37,124 nt of DNA from Corallochytrium limacisporum Hawaii (Eukaryota; Protista; Pluriformea), in contig PDIP01000100.1 in NCBI GenBank assembly GCA_002811645.1, positions 1 through 37,124 on the forward strand, given 5' to 3'. How positions within the stretch are numbered: position 1 is the stretch's first letter; every line of letters begins with the position of its first letter. Made by a program: the position numbers and the translations under genes. The notes beneath the pieces were generated by a model. The model made no database searches and was not told the origin of the DNA. It saw only the letters and a list, made by a program, of their open reading frames with translations. Positions 1-10,946 of this stretch are shown here, in pieces.

Positions 1-13
1 AACCCTAACCTAA
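1..13 (+). repeat. Telomere-like (CCCTAA) remnant at the window edge
   Basis: First bases are aaccctaacctaa, about two units with the second imperfect, in the orientation expected for a left chromosome end. Confidence 0.35.
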
Positions 14-302
14 GTGCCCTGTAATCTGAAGAAAACAAAATAATAAGGAAGTGTCTCAATAGTCTTTAATTACATGGAGGCTTGCCTGACGCAAACCGTG
101 TGCGCTATGAAAGTCATATGGAATGTGAGAGTGTGTTCAAAGAAGGATGACTTGTGTAAATGTGTGTGTGAATTTCTTTAGGAAGGAAACAGTCCGGCAG
201 GGGGGAGACGTAACACCCCCTCCCGGGACATCGATCGTGTCTAGGATCCAGGCTGTGAACCAATGGAAGTGAGTTTTGCTGGCTTGTTGGATCACTTGGG
301 TT

Positions 303-2540
303 TTACTCGCAGACCCCAAAGGAGGTGATCTGGCAACCATCGGCAGGTAGATCCATGATGCCACAGCCAGCATCCGGGTTGGTCCAGGCGGGTAAACTGT
401 CTAGGCTTACGTGGCCAAATCCGGAAATCATGGCAATGATGAATGAACCAATACCAAGACCGGCAATCAAACCTGCGGCCGAAATGTACAGATTCTTCTT
501 ATAGAAGTTGGGGAAGTACTTCGGCATGATCACCTGGAACAAAGTCACCATCAAGAAAGTGGTCAAGAACCAGGAGTTGATGTTACCGTATGAAGGCATA
601 AGGCACATCATAGGAATGTGGATCCACTTGAAAATGGACCAGTGGCGGCTCAAGGCCCAGAAGAACACTGGCAGCACGAGACCAGCGACCAAGCCACCGA
701 AGAAGAGGCCACGGTAGGGAGAATCGGGAGACATCCATGCCTCGTACGGGCCAATGCCACCCCACAAGTAGGAGGCAGTGGTGTAGATTTCCAGGTTGGT
801 TGAGTCCCAGTCAGGGTTGGATCCATCAGTCAGGTGGTTGTCCATAACATTACGGTAGGCGGTTGTGTCAGCCAGGGACGTGACTAACGTACCCCATGCC
901 TGCACGGCCAGGACTGTGCGATAGTCGATCTTAAAGAACTGACACATTTTCATATTTTGGACCAGCGTAAGACCGTGGTACATGCCCATGTAGCCAGTGA
1001 CCTTGACAAGGATAGCTCCATTCGGATTGTGGTGCAGCATCAGACCACCAATCATTTCACAGAGAATGTTCAAACCAAGCATGTTACCGGTTACGGAAAG
1101 AACTGCGCCAATAGGAATCATAAAGAAACCAGCCAGAAGCACAGAAACAATGACGGCCCACCAAGGCATATCGATACCGTAACCATAGTTGGTACCAATG
1201 AACGCACCAACAAAGACGGCAATGAAAAGGACACCGAACCAGTAAGGAACTCCTTTGTTTTTGCCAATCTTCTCCAAAGCAATGGCGTGTTTCGACTTAG
1301 AGTGGTTCTCCTTGCCGAGGGCGCTTACAATGTCATCCCAGTGCCAGACCATAGTATGACTGATTGCAGCAGTCAGTGCCATAAAACTGAAGAAATACGC
1401 AATGGAGTTAAAGCCACTAAGGTATGCAAAGCCGTAGGTATCCCAAACGTCAGCTTGCCACTCGAGTTCATCGTTGAAGAGCAAAGAGATGGGGTAGTCG
1501 GTGCCATTCGCCAGGTACAGACTAAGACCCTTGGGGTCAAAGTTTTGGCTGTTGGCAAAATTGGAGAAATAGACAGCGGGACCAGCAATCCAGGCAAAAA
1601 TGACACCGCCAATCACTGCATTGTAGCCAAGCCAAGCAGGCACGTACATCAGGAAACCAAAGTAGGCTGTGAAGACTGACAGATCAAACATCAAAGTACC
1701 CAGACCAAAACCTTGGGTTAGACCCCGACCCATAATCTGCAGAGGACCGTTTGGACTGGTACCCTGGCCATTGGCAATCCAGCACAGCATGGAAACCGAA
1801 ATGAGACCAGGCCAAAAGAAGCCAGGAACCCACATCCAGACGAGACTCAGAACGAGGATGAGGAAGAAGATCTTCAGACGAGAGCGACTGTCCTCGTGAA
1901 GCATCTTGAATACCTCAGCCTGGAAAATGGCAGTGGGCCAAGGCATGCCTACGGCCATGATAAGGAAGCGGTAGAACAAGATTGCCAAACCATAACCAAC
2001 CATCTTTGTGCACAGAATCAGCATAAAGTCACCGAACCAGCCAATGTTTTGGCCTAGCTTCGCTTCCATGAAGTACAGAGTGTTAGCAACGTACGCACCA
2101 TTGACGGCATCGGAGGTGACCAGACCGACTATGACGTGCTCGCGAACACCGAAGGGACCGGGGTTGGTGTCCATGGAGTAAGGACCAAGGCGGAACTTGT
2201 AGGATGGCACGATATGGGCCAGCCACGCAAGGATAACATAAGAAAACAGATACGCCACGGAACTATCCAGCGAGAAAGCTACAGTGCGGTAGTTACCGAT
2301 CTGGTTAATGTAGGACCATAGGAAGTTAAGAACGGTACCAACAGCAAGAACACGGAAGGTAACAACAGGGGTGTCCGTGTCTTCGACCCCGGGGTCGTAC
2401 TCAGAGCTTACGGATTGTTGACTCTTGGAGTCCTTGACATCTTCATACAGTTGATCAGCGTCAACAGTTACAACCTTGATCTCTTCGACATCGCTGCCGA
2501 GAGAGAGGTCGGCTACCACAACATTAGGAGAAGGCGGCAT
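303..2540 (-). CDS. Oligopeptide transporter, OPT family (PT clade; fungal Opt1/Isp4- and plant OPT-like), 745 aa
   Basis: Long ATG-initiated ORF (context caatcATG) with many hydrophobic transmembrane segments. OPT hallmarks: DTPVVTFR (cf. DDP..TFR), NPGPFGVREH (cf. NPGPFxxKEH), MPWP (cf. MxWP), GLNILCEMIGG (cf. GLNIITExIxG), KMCQFFKIDYR (cf. KLGHYMKIPPR) and WGGIGP (cf. WGLIGP). Confidence 0.93.
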   Translation of the reverse strand: MPPSPNVVVADLSLGSDVEEIKVVTVDADQLYEDVKDSKSQQSVSSEYDPGVEDTDTPVVTFRVLAVGTVLNFLWSYINQIGNYRTVAFSLDSSVAYLFSYVILAWLAHIVPSYKFRLGPYSMDTNPGPFGVREHVIVGLVTSDAVNGAYVANTLYFMEAKLGQNIGWFGDFMLILCTKMVGYGLAILFYRFLIMAVGMPWPTAIFQAEVFKMLHEDSRSRLKIFFLILVLSLVWMWVPGFFWPGLISVSMLCWIANGQGTSPNGPLQIMGRGLTQGFGLGTLMFDLSVFTAYFGFLMYVPAWLGYNAVIGGVIFAWIAGPAVYFSNFANSQNFDPKGLSLYLANGTDYPISLLFNDELEWQADVWDTYGFAYLSGFNSIAYFFSFMALTAAISHTMVWHWDDIVSALGKENHSKSKHAIALEKIGKNKGVPYWFGVLFIAVFVGAFIGTNYGYGIDMPWWAVIVSVLLAGFFMIPIGAVLSVTGNMLGLNILCEMIGGLMLHHNPNGAILVKVTGYMGMYHGLTLVQNMKMCQFFKIDYRTVLAVQAWGTLVTSLADTTAYRNVMDNHLTDGSNPDWDSTNLEIYTTASYLWGGIGPYEAWMSPDSPYRGLFFGGLVAGLVLPVFFWALSRHWSIFKWIHIPMMCLMPSYGNINSWFLTTFLMVTLFQVIMPKYFPNFYKKNLYISAAGLIAGLGIGSFIIAMISGFGHVSLDSLPAWTNPDAGCGIMDLPADGCQITSFGVCE

Positions 2541-2652
2541 GATTGAAAATATTAGTATCTCCTGATATCGAACACTGCAGGCTGTACCAAAGAAGACACC
2601 AAATGCTTACCACCTGTTCAGATCAACAGTTCCGATCAGTGAGATTCTTCGA

Positions 2653-2661
2653 CTTAAATAC
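2653..2661 (-). promoter_or_regulatory. TATA-like element (GTATTTAAG) upstream of the OPT gene
   Basis: 113-121 nt upstream of the ATG; same TATTTAAG core as upstream of dioxygenase paralog 2. Confidence 0.45.
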
Positions 2662-2840
2662 TTTGATTGCATCCCATTACATCTCAGAAGTTTTGGTTCC
2701 AACATCCGGTATGTCTTTATTGTTTACCGTCAGCGGGGTACTTTCCCTGATTCCGACTCATGTCTCGCTTCTGACGAGTGTACAATCCGTCGTGCTCGAT
2801 CGCCAACTGTGTGGAACAGGAAGGCTCCAAAATCACCTTT

Positions 2841-2871
2841 CCCCCTTTCCCCCACTTTCCCCCTTTCCCCC
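2841..2871 (-). other. G-quadruplex-forming motif, four G5 runs with AAA/AAAGT loops
   Basis: Plus strand reads ccccc-ttt-ccccc-acttt-ccccc-ttt-ccccc, about 300 nt upstream of the OPT ATG. Confidence 0.6.
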
Positions 2872-5800
2872 GCCATTAACACTATGTTGTCGACCATTCA
2901 ATATTCTCCATGGAGCAAAATCATTGTATATTTGTTTCACTACCAACATTGAGGACGCACGGGGTAATGTCAGAACCATACAACCTCCCCAATGCATTAA
3001 GTGTGCCCTCAATCAAACCGCGAAAGGTCACGCTTAATCCATCATGACCTTTGGGACTGTTTCAACATGTGCCACCTATACCCTCTCCCTTGCCTACGCC
3101 TCTGTCTCATTCACGCTGTGTAGGTGTCAGTATCCGCACATTCGCAATCCAACTGTATGCAAGTCTACGTGCGTGACCATCGATTTTGCAGAAATGATCC
3201 TCCCAAGAGTATTGACAGAAGCCCGGACCACTGCCAATCCTACTCCGATCTCCCCTCCCCTTTCCCCTCCCACTCCCCTCCCTTCCACACCCACGAACAC
3301 ACCCACCTGCCTCCCTTATCCTTCAGTGCTCATCCCAGGTCTCGGGTTCTCAATTCCTGGCATTGTCTTCTCCCTGATTCTCTGTTTCTTATGTCTGGTG
3401 CCCATTACTGAACCATAGATATGCACTTCTGCGCAGAGTCGGTTCGGACCGGAACCAGAAGTCGTGCTCAAATGGGACAGGGAGTATTTAGGATTGGTAG
3501 CGTTCGCAACGTCCGCTGCATCGCTACCCAGAGCCCTACTGAAATCTCTCCTTTGTTGACGGTGTTTTGGTTCCGCCTCGTACTGAACGTACCCAACTGC
3601 CTCTCCATGGTAGTTTCTTCAACAAACGTATTGATGGCCTGTTTGCTAACCAGGAACAACGCATACCAACTCCCAACAAAGGACAATTACCAACCCGAAA
3701 AAAACCTGTCCACTCACCTCATGGGGGAATTGAAACCTCCGCTACACCGCACCCTCGCGTTAGCAGCATCGAACACCCCTCTGACGCTTGCAACTCGGGA
3801 AGAAGGCAGGCTTATGTCAATGGTTCTCCAGAAAATTTTCGCCTATCTTCGTGGGACCTCATTTGCTTACCTTCCACCCCCCTTTTGGAAGGATATTGTT
3901 GCTGTGCAAACTCGTCGTAGGACATTGTGTACTGAAGCATAGGGGTTTTCTGCCTTAATTAGCCAATTAAAAATCCATCTTGATGAGTTACTGATGCATG
4001 GCCAAACCACTACGGAACGCTTCCACTCGTCATTGTTCTTCACTGTTATTGTTCTGTATTTACGCAGGCTCCACCTTTACCATGCTAACGGACGTAACAG
4101 CGACGTACTTGTACATTCCTAACGATATTGTGATAAGCAAATCGAGTGGATTCAGTGTGTGAAGCGGGGTACGGGGATTAGGCTTTGTGTCCATGAGTCT
4201 GCGCGCATTGTCGGGGTATTGTTTATACATGCTGAAAATATCGTCACACATGCGGTGTGTTACTTTCACATGGGGCAAACACTTTAGCCAATACTCATGA
4301 GTGCCCATCGTGGACATCGCAAATTTGAAACCATCAGACAATACTCAGTGGCTGCCGGGCCGTCCATTCTCCCTGAACTTTTTTTTTAACAGAATGGCAC
4401 ATGGTAACGATCGATGCATCCGCCGAGGTTGAACGATAACTGGGAAGCTCTGGCTTTCATAACACGGGTCCAGTGCACCTACTGTGTGACGTTGAAAATG
4501 GTTCAAAATTCTGTGCGGAGCGAGCTATTGTCCTCGATCAGTACGTGTACCCCGTTGGATTTCACTTTCTAGGGGTGCTAATGGTGGGTGGTCGGCTGCA
4601 TCATTCCGTAGGTGGTTCAGTATGGGCGGCCCCCCTCACAGCAGTTGAAATAACGGTTTGGGCACTCTCCGCTGCACAGTTGCGTTTTTCGGACAGCACA
4701 GCTGACCCGTACACACGGCATATTTGTATCACATGCTGGCTGATATTGTTCAACTATGTGTTCTATTTCAATTTGTTTTCATCAAATCGCCGATTCGCCT
4801 GCGCATTTCCAGAAAAGTATAGGAATACAGAATGGAGCATAGGCCCAAGAACTCATAAACGGCAACCCATATTTTCTAATATAGCTACAAGCACCACGGG
4901 TCTCCCTCACTCAACTGGCACATGACACCCTATCAAAAGAGTCTCCAAAGATATCCTCCCATAGGGCGACTGCTTGTGGTAGGTGCCTCTTTGGCAAGTG
5001 CGGGGGATGTTGTCTGCTACCATGCGCCATCTTCGGTCAACTCGGCGGGTTGGGGTTTCTTGTACCGAAATTAGACGCAATTAGAGCCTACACTCTGGGA
5101 AGGGGGGCATACGGTGTTTGAGAAGATTGGGTGCTGCAAACCTGCAGACTTTCCCATCCGTGAACGTCGTTCACTTCCGGCATTACATGATCAAATATTC
5201 AATAGAGCAAGGCCAGCCGCAGCAGCAGGAAAATAGTGTAGGCTGCAGTACGAACTGGTATCGGGAGGGCACAATACCCTTGCGGCCTTGAAAACCACAT
5301 ACAAGTACATAGTTTTGTCACAAATGATGCTGAAATTGTGAGAAAGTATCGTGGTAGTCCATAGTGAAAATGCGTTCAGGATGCCTCCATCTGCCCTTCT
5401 CCAGGAAATCGCAAAAGGGGAAGATACAGATACTCACACACACACCACAAGACACGAACAATATTCCGCTGGATACATTTGACGCGGATTTGCGGCGTGC
5501 CTACAGTAGGGTATATAAGTCCTTCAGTCACTCCAATACAGAAAACAATACGAATACTTGCGCTGCGCTCGGTTGTTCCACAAAGCCTGTGCCCCATGAT
5601 TCCACACCTTCCACACCACCCTTCGCCAGGTACTATTTGATGCTGCTTTTTTGTGTGATGTCCAATCTTGCAGTGTGTGTAAAACCCGGGATGCAGACCA
5701 GAGAAGGATGATGAGGAAAAGACTCGTCAGCTGGAAAAAGATTCTCTCTCATCCATAATTTTCGGTAGTCCACTTATACTGACGCGTACGTAGGCAAATC

Positions 5801-8800
5801 AGTACCGCGGAACAATGAAAATGCCGCCCTCTGATTTTCTGTCTCGCTCCGACCCTCTGGACCTCTCCCATCCCCCACGATCGTCCTGTCGCCCAGGTAC
5901 AAATTTTCGGCAGACATTCAAAGGCAAACACTTGATGACTGATGGTGAGCGAAAGAGTGCATTACACACAATCGACCAAAGGCACGCCTGCGCGCGAATG
6001 CATAGGAAAAACAATAGCCACCCCACCCATGCACACCCAAATTTCTGTTATCCAGAAGCAATGACGATTGGGCGGAGTACGCCGTCCGACATACCATCGA
6101 GTGGATGGGACAAGAAAGAGGTGGAAGCGCGCGCGAATGCGGCAGAAAGCTTCATTGGTTTTGGGCGAGCGGCTATGATTTGACAAATTGCCGGCGCCCA
6201 CACTTTCATCCACCCAATAGCACCCAATAACCCCCTACATCACAATGCCTAACAAACACCTCGGATAGCCACAAGTGTCAGGGCATCAGCCAATGTTCCT
6301 GAATTATGAGTAGAATAGACCCATCAGTACGACGGACACTACACGGGAACGACTCTGTGGTACAAACAAACAAAAGGTCGGAAGTTCAGCTTGACACTGA
6401 GCATGACGTCTGCAAGTCAGAAAGTCCCGTTCCAAACTGACGCACATCTCCAGGGCAGCTCTGAAGGCAGCGAACGATTTTTCCACTCTGAGAAAAAAAG
6501 CTGTTGTGTCACGGGAGGGAGGATCTTGTTCCCGTCGATCCGTACAAAGGTACGCCACTGTGGCAACAACTAGGAGGTGACGAAATCTTCATAGGTCACG
6601 ACAGGGAGAAGTGAACACTCGGTGCTCTGAGTAGGAAAACCTGGCTGCCTTGGAATGCTCAGCATTTCAGGAGGTGGGCAACAGGTACATCCTTTGATGC
6701 TTCCCAAATCAGCAATTGTGGGACCATTCATGTTGATGGGTGATACGGTATGTGCCGGGCCAGATGTTACAAAGAAAGACTCTGGATGTGTTGTGTATGG
6801 GTTCATGTCCATGTTGCTTGTCACAGGCCATACTAGCCAGCCAAAATTTTTTGATCTGTGCAACCCAGTTTGCGTTCCCGTTGGATAGATCTGCTTAGGT
6901 ACACCATTCACTCTGTCCGTAGCCCATGTTCTGGTATTGTCACCATAGCAAGGCCGGAATGTATTCGTGATGGCAATGGCACGTCTGGTGCGCCCGAGAA
7001 AGCAGTCTGAAGGCTCAGAAGGAGGTCAGTGAGGGATTCCAAATTCGGGGTCCTTGCTAGCCTTGGGCATGAACAAGCATGTAAAACAAACCATTTCCGC
7101 CGGACGTGCATGTCGGTGCGACCATGTTCTGTTGGGAAGTGGCTGACAACCTTAGTCACCCGGTGTGGTCTGGGATCGACCTCGGCAGGTGCAATTGGGG
7201 GTGTGTCCGACTTACTACAACACACTGCTGAAGGGCACTTCCTCTCATTTGCACACAAATCGGGGCCAGGTTTTGGGTGGTGATGACGAGGAAGCTCGTG
7301 GAAAAAAAGGCGCTCGTGCTCGTGGGCACGGAGTTTTGACGAGAAAGACATCAATTCGCCCGGGCACGATTTTTCCAATACCTTCGTCCGTGAGTACCCT
7401 ATCACGATAAGTGAAACGCAATAATCAGACCGGAAAGCGGCAATAAATACTCCTCAGCCATGTCCAAATCGAGAACCCTACCTAAAGAACCATCGATACG
7501 TCGAAGCAACCCTGTCTTCTTAGAATACAAGCATGGTAGCGAAAACCATGGGGGCGGGGTCAATGCAAGTTAGCAATGTGACGTCCAGTCCATCGATGGT
7601 GTCGTTGCAGGTGCCAAAAGCAGCAGGAAAATTGTGGCCGGGACCGATGGCGACTCGTGTATCGTACTGACGAGCATAATTTTAGATACGGGAAACTCAA
7701 TTCTCGCGGATTTGGCCATCTAATGCTGCACATTCGCACATGACAGATGACCCGGGGGCTGCATTATACGAACCTGATTTATTGTATTACATTGACCGCT
7801 ACAACGATCCGACATTGAGTTCTGCCGAGCACGACAGGGGAACCGACCTGGGTCCCCCTGGCCAAATCATGGTAGCCCATCACGTTATTAATTCCAACCT
7901 CTCTGTGTCCATAAAAAGAACTTCGGGAGCAAATTACCACCATCATCCACTACCATCCAGTACACCAATGTTGGTCACTTGTTTCCATCGGATGCAACAA
8001 AGGACACTTCAATAGCAAGCAACATTGCAAGAGGTAAGGAACAAGTTGGAGAACTGCCTACTACCTGTTGACCCAGCAGCTACCGACCGAAAGGACCGAA
8101 CTACTGAACCCCGGTTTCTCCCTACTGAGAGTGGGTCAGAGCGTTGTATTCCAGCCTGGGTGTGGTGAAGGTACTGGAATTTTTTCTCACAGCAAGTGCG
8201 CGAGACGGGAGCAGTCTGAAAATACTGAACCCCTAATACATCGTTGGGAACATGCACATAATTTATGAAGTTTCGCGTTGGACCAAATTATAGTTTGGTC
8301 GATTTCCCCCCCCCCCCCGGGGGGCGGCCGGGCGGGGAGGACATGACCAGAACCGATGTAAATCCCACGTTTGTGCCCGTGATGGCAGTAATCTTGGTCG
8401 ATCAAGCACAATATAGGAATGGGGCTTGATTCCACTCTTTAGATGATGAGAACAACATGTGCACTGATACCCAATACTGCACGATGGTTGATCAGGCAAC
8501 ATATGGAACTGCGCGCAATGTCACTCCTTTGTCGACAACAGCAACAATGGACAGGAATTCAATGTAACGAAGAACGCACCGAGAGCCATGCTCAAGTGGC
8601 AGACATCTGATTAGATGGACGAAACTAAAACAAAGAGAGATCTCTTTAGACAAGCTTTTCTATTCAGATGAATATCATTCTTCGGTGGTGACCTGTGTCT
8701 TTGATCAGCAACAAGCTCGCCGCTCCATACCGCTCATAAGGCATTGTCCTGAAAGTGGTGGAAAACAATAAAAAACAGAATGTGGAAAACAAAAGAATGA

Positions 8801-8847
8801 TGATGTCGATGTCATGTTATGCTTGAGTGTGCGATGTCACTCTCACT

Positions 8848-9897
8848 TTACTGGCGCGATGAAGTGCCGTACTGCAAATGGGCACCAAAATCAGTGTGGC
8901 GGAAGGGGTCCGCAGCAGTGCCGGGGTGCATGGGCGCTCCAAATTCGTTGGGTCGCATACCTCCTAGGGGATCGGTGTGGCGCAGCTGCCCACTCAAGTC
9001 AGCGGGATGCATACCGGGTGCACCAAAGGGCATTGCCAGGGGGTCTGTGTGACGCATGCCGGGATGGTGGACACTAGCACCCATGGCAGTGAGGTCAGCC
9101 ATCTGTTGACGCATGGAAATTGCTCCTGGGTCGGTCAAACGGTGCATGCCAGGCACTCCAGCTGCTGCTGCAGCAGCCATGGCTGCATTGCTGGCAGCAT
9201 GAGACTGTTGCTGGGCCTGCTGCTGGTGGTGACGCTGCTGCTGAGCTGCGTGGGACTGCTGTGTCCCTGCGGCGGCTTGGCGGTTGGTGTTGGAGTTTGC
9301 AGCGGAGGAAGCGGTACCATTGATAAGGTTATCAACGTTGTTCTTGGCACCGAGTTCAGCCTGACGAATATGGATCGGGCGCTTCTTGTGTTGGTTCAGC
9401 TCCCATACAGTTGTGAAGCTCTTGTTGCAGACCTCACAGTGAAAAGCCTTCTCAGCTCCATGCACGCGAACCTTGTGAACCTTAATTTCGTAGCCGCACA
9501 CAAAGGTAGCGCTGCAGCCAGGGTAAGGGCACCGATGAACCTTTTCACCTGTATGGGCACGACGTTCGTGGACGCGGAGATCACCCGGCGCGGCAAAGCG
9601 CCGGCCGCACTTAGGGACCTTGCAGACATGCGGACGGTCAGCAGTATGCCATCGCCGGTAATGCCGTGTCAAAATATCCTTCCTGCGGAACGACTGCTGA
9701 CATTCAGGGCACTTGAATGGTTTGTTGTGTGGGCAGTCCCGCTTGTGTTGGGCCAAGGAAGAGGCATCCTCAAACTGCTGTCCACATTCCGGGAAGGGGC
9801 AGATCATAGGGGCCTGTGGCATCGGTTGATAAGACTTAGCGTCAAAGAATTCGTGTGGTGCGTGGCCCGTTGGTCCTGAAGACAGTCGGCCAACCAT
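8848..9897 (-). CDS. C2H2 zinc-finger protein with five fingers and a Q/A/H-rich, repetitive C-terminus, 349 aa; probable transcription factor or nucleic-acid-binding protein
   Basis: Five Cx2-4C...Hx4-5H units at aa 33-176 with TGEKP-like linkers (NKPF, TADRP, TGEKV, GAEKA), followed by Q-rich and poly-A tracts. Confidence 0.93.
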   Translation of the reverse strand: MVGRLSSGPTGHAPHEFFDAKSYQPMPQAPMICPFPECGQQFEDASSLAQHKRDCPHNKPFKCPECQQSFRRKDILTRHYRRWHTADRPHVCKVPKCGRRFAAPGDLRVHERRAHTGEKVHRCPYPGCSATFVCGYEIKVHKVRVHGAEKAFHCEVCNKSFTTVWELNQHKKRPIHIRQAELGAKNNVDNLINGTASSAANSNTNRQAAAGTQQSHAAQQQRHHQQQAQQQSHAASNAAMAAAAAAGVPGMHRLTDPGAISMRQQMADLTAMGASVHHPGMRHTDPLAMPFGAPGMHPADLSGQLRHTDPLGGMRPNEFGAPMHPGTAADPFRHTDFGAHLQYGTSSRQ

Positions 9898-10560
9898 AAC
9901 TGATGTCTGTGAAATGTTTGCGAAGGGATCGTACTCACTCTAACTGTGGGGTGTGTGGTGATGTGGGATTGAAGTGACTTTCTGTTTGTCGTAAAGTAAT
10001 TCCGCACCGTTTACAAATACTCAGCAGCAAGTTTGGACGGCTCTTAATCTACATAATCTGGTTCCCTCCAAATAACTATGAAGTGGTGTCTTGCGCCGTA
10101 AATAAGTTCGCTGTTAAGTGTTACTGTCAATCACTTTTGGGCCGCCCGTTTTAGTAGGTGAGTGTGTACGATCCTTGAACTACCTTTTCCCGCAAGATCA
10201 TTGGGAGAGGATCCCAAGTGTGTATTGTGCAAACTTTGCGGACAGAAAAAGGAAAGAAACAGCCATCGAGACTTAAACGAAACCCGCCATTTATTCTGGT
10301 GCCTTGGTCGTCGTATCCACAGAAATGAAGGAAAGGATTAAAAGTAACCTCCTGCCCATGATGACAAAGAATCCGGTGATATTGTTCCCAACACATTCCC
10401 ATTGTGTGTAAATGTGCAACTTTTTCCCCTATGAGCCCACTTGATGCCCCACCGCCTGTTTCTCCATACTTCCCTTCTCCCTCTCCCTGTTTTCTCGCGG
10501 TTCCCCCCCCTCCCCTTAGAAAGTTGAGCTTTCCCCCCCTCCCCCTTCTCTTCCCTCTTA

Positions 10561-10583
10561 TGTGTGTGTGTGTGTGTCTGCGT

Positions 10584-10630
<47 letters not shown>
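10561..10630. repeat. (TG)n microsatellite, slightly interrupted
   Basis: Read directly from the sequence. Confidence 0.97.
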
Positions 10631-10892
10631 ACCTTCCCCTCTCGCTCTCTCTCTCACTCTCCCCTCCTTCGCTTTTCGGGGGTTCCCCGGGGAGAGAGAG
10701 GAGGGGCGGCGGAGGATGGGCGCCCCACAAAAAATTGTGTCCCTTGGTTTCCGGCCAAGAGACGGGAGCTGTGTGAGTCGATAGCTCTGAGTGAGAAGAG
10801 GGCGGCGCAACTTGGGAAGACCAGTGGGCGGCCAGCAGGGAGGGACAGCGGTCACGAGAACGCAACTGAGCTGCTAAGATAGTGGGGGGGGG

Positions 10893-10946
10893 NNNNNNNN
10901 NNNNNNNNNNNNNNNNNNNNNNNNNNNNNNNNNNNNNNNNNNNNNN
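10893..10946. other. Assembly gap (54 N) flanked by G-runs
   Basis: N run with G9 before and G-rich sequence after. Confidence 0.99.

Noticed and set aside
957-1679. 240-aa + strand ORF inside the OPT gene
   Set aside because: Antisense shadow of a codon-biased real gene; no recognisable motifs.
6570-7405. Two abutting - strand ORFs (165 and 113 aa) with a faint chromodomain-like stretch (HRVTKVVSH...HVRRKW), a possible retroelement relic
   Set aside because: No reverse transcriptase, RNase H, integrase or terminal-repeat signature visible; resemblance too weak without a profile search.
7621-7743. Peptide WRLVYRTDEHNF resembling the start of a TLDc domain, and CTGACGAG...GAAAC resembling a hammerhead core
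   Set aside because: The frame closes quickly with no further TLDc motifs; hammerhead stems I and II do not pair properly.
8977-9879. 300-aa + strand ORF over the zinc-finger gene
   Set aside because: Antisense shadow; its Leu-rich stretches are the reverse complement of CAG-rich Gln codons.
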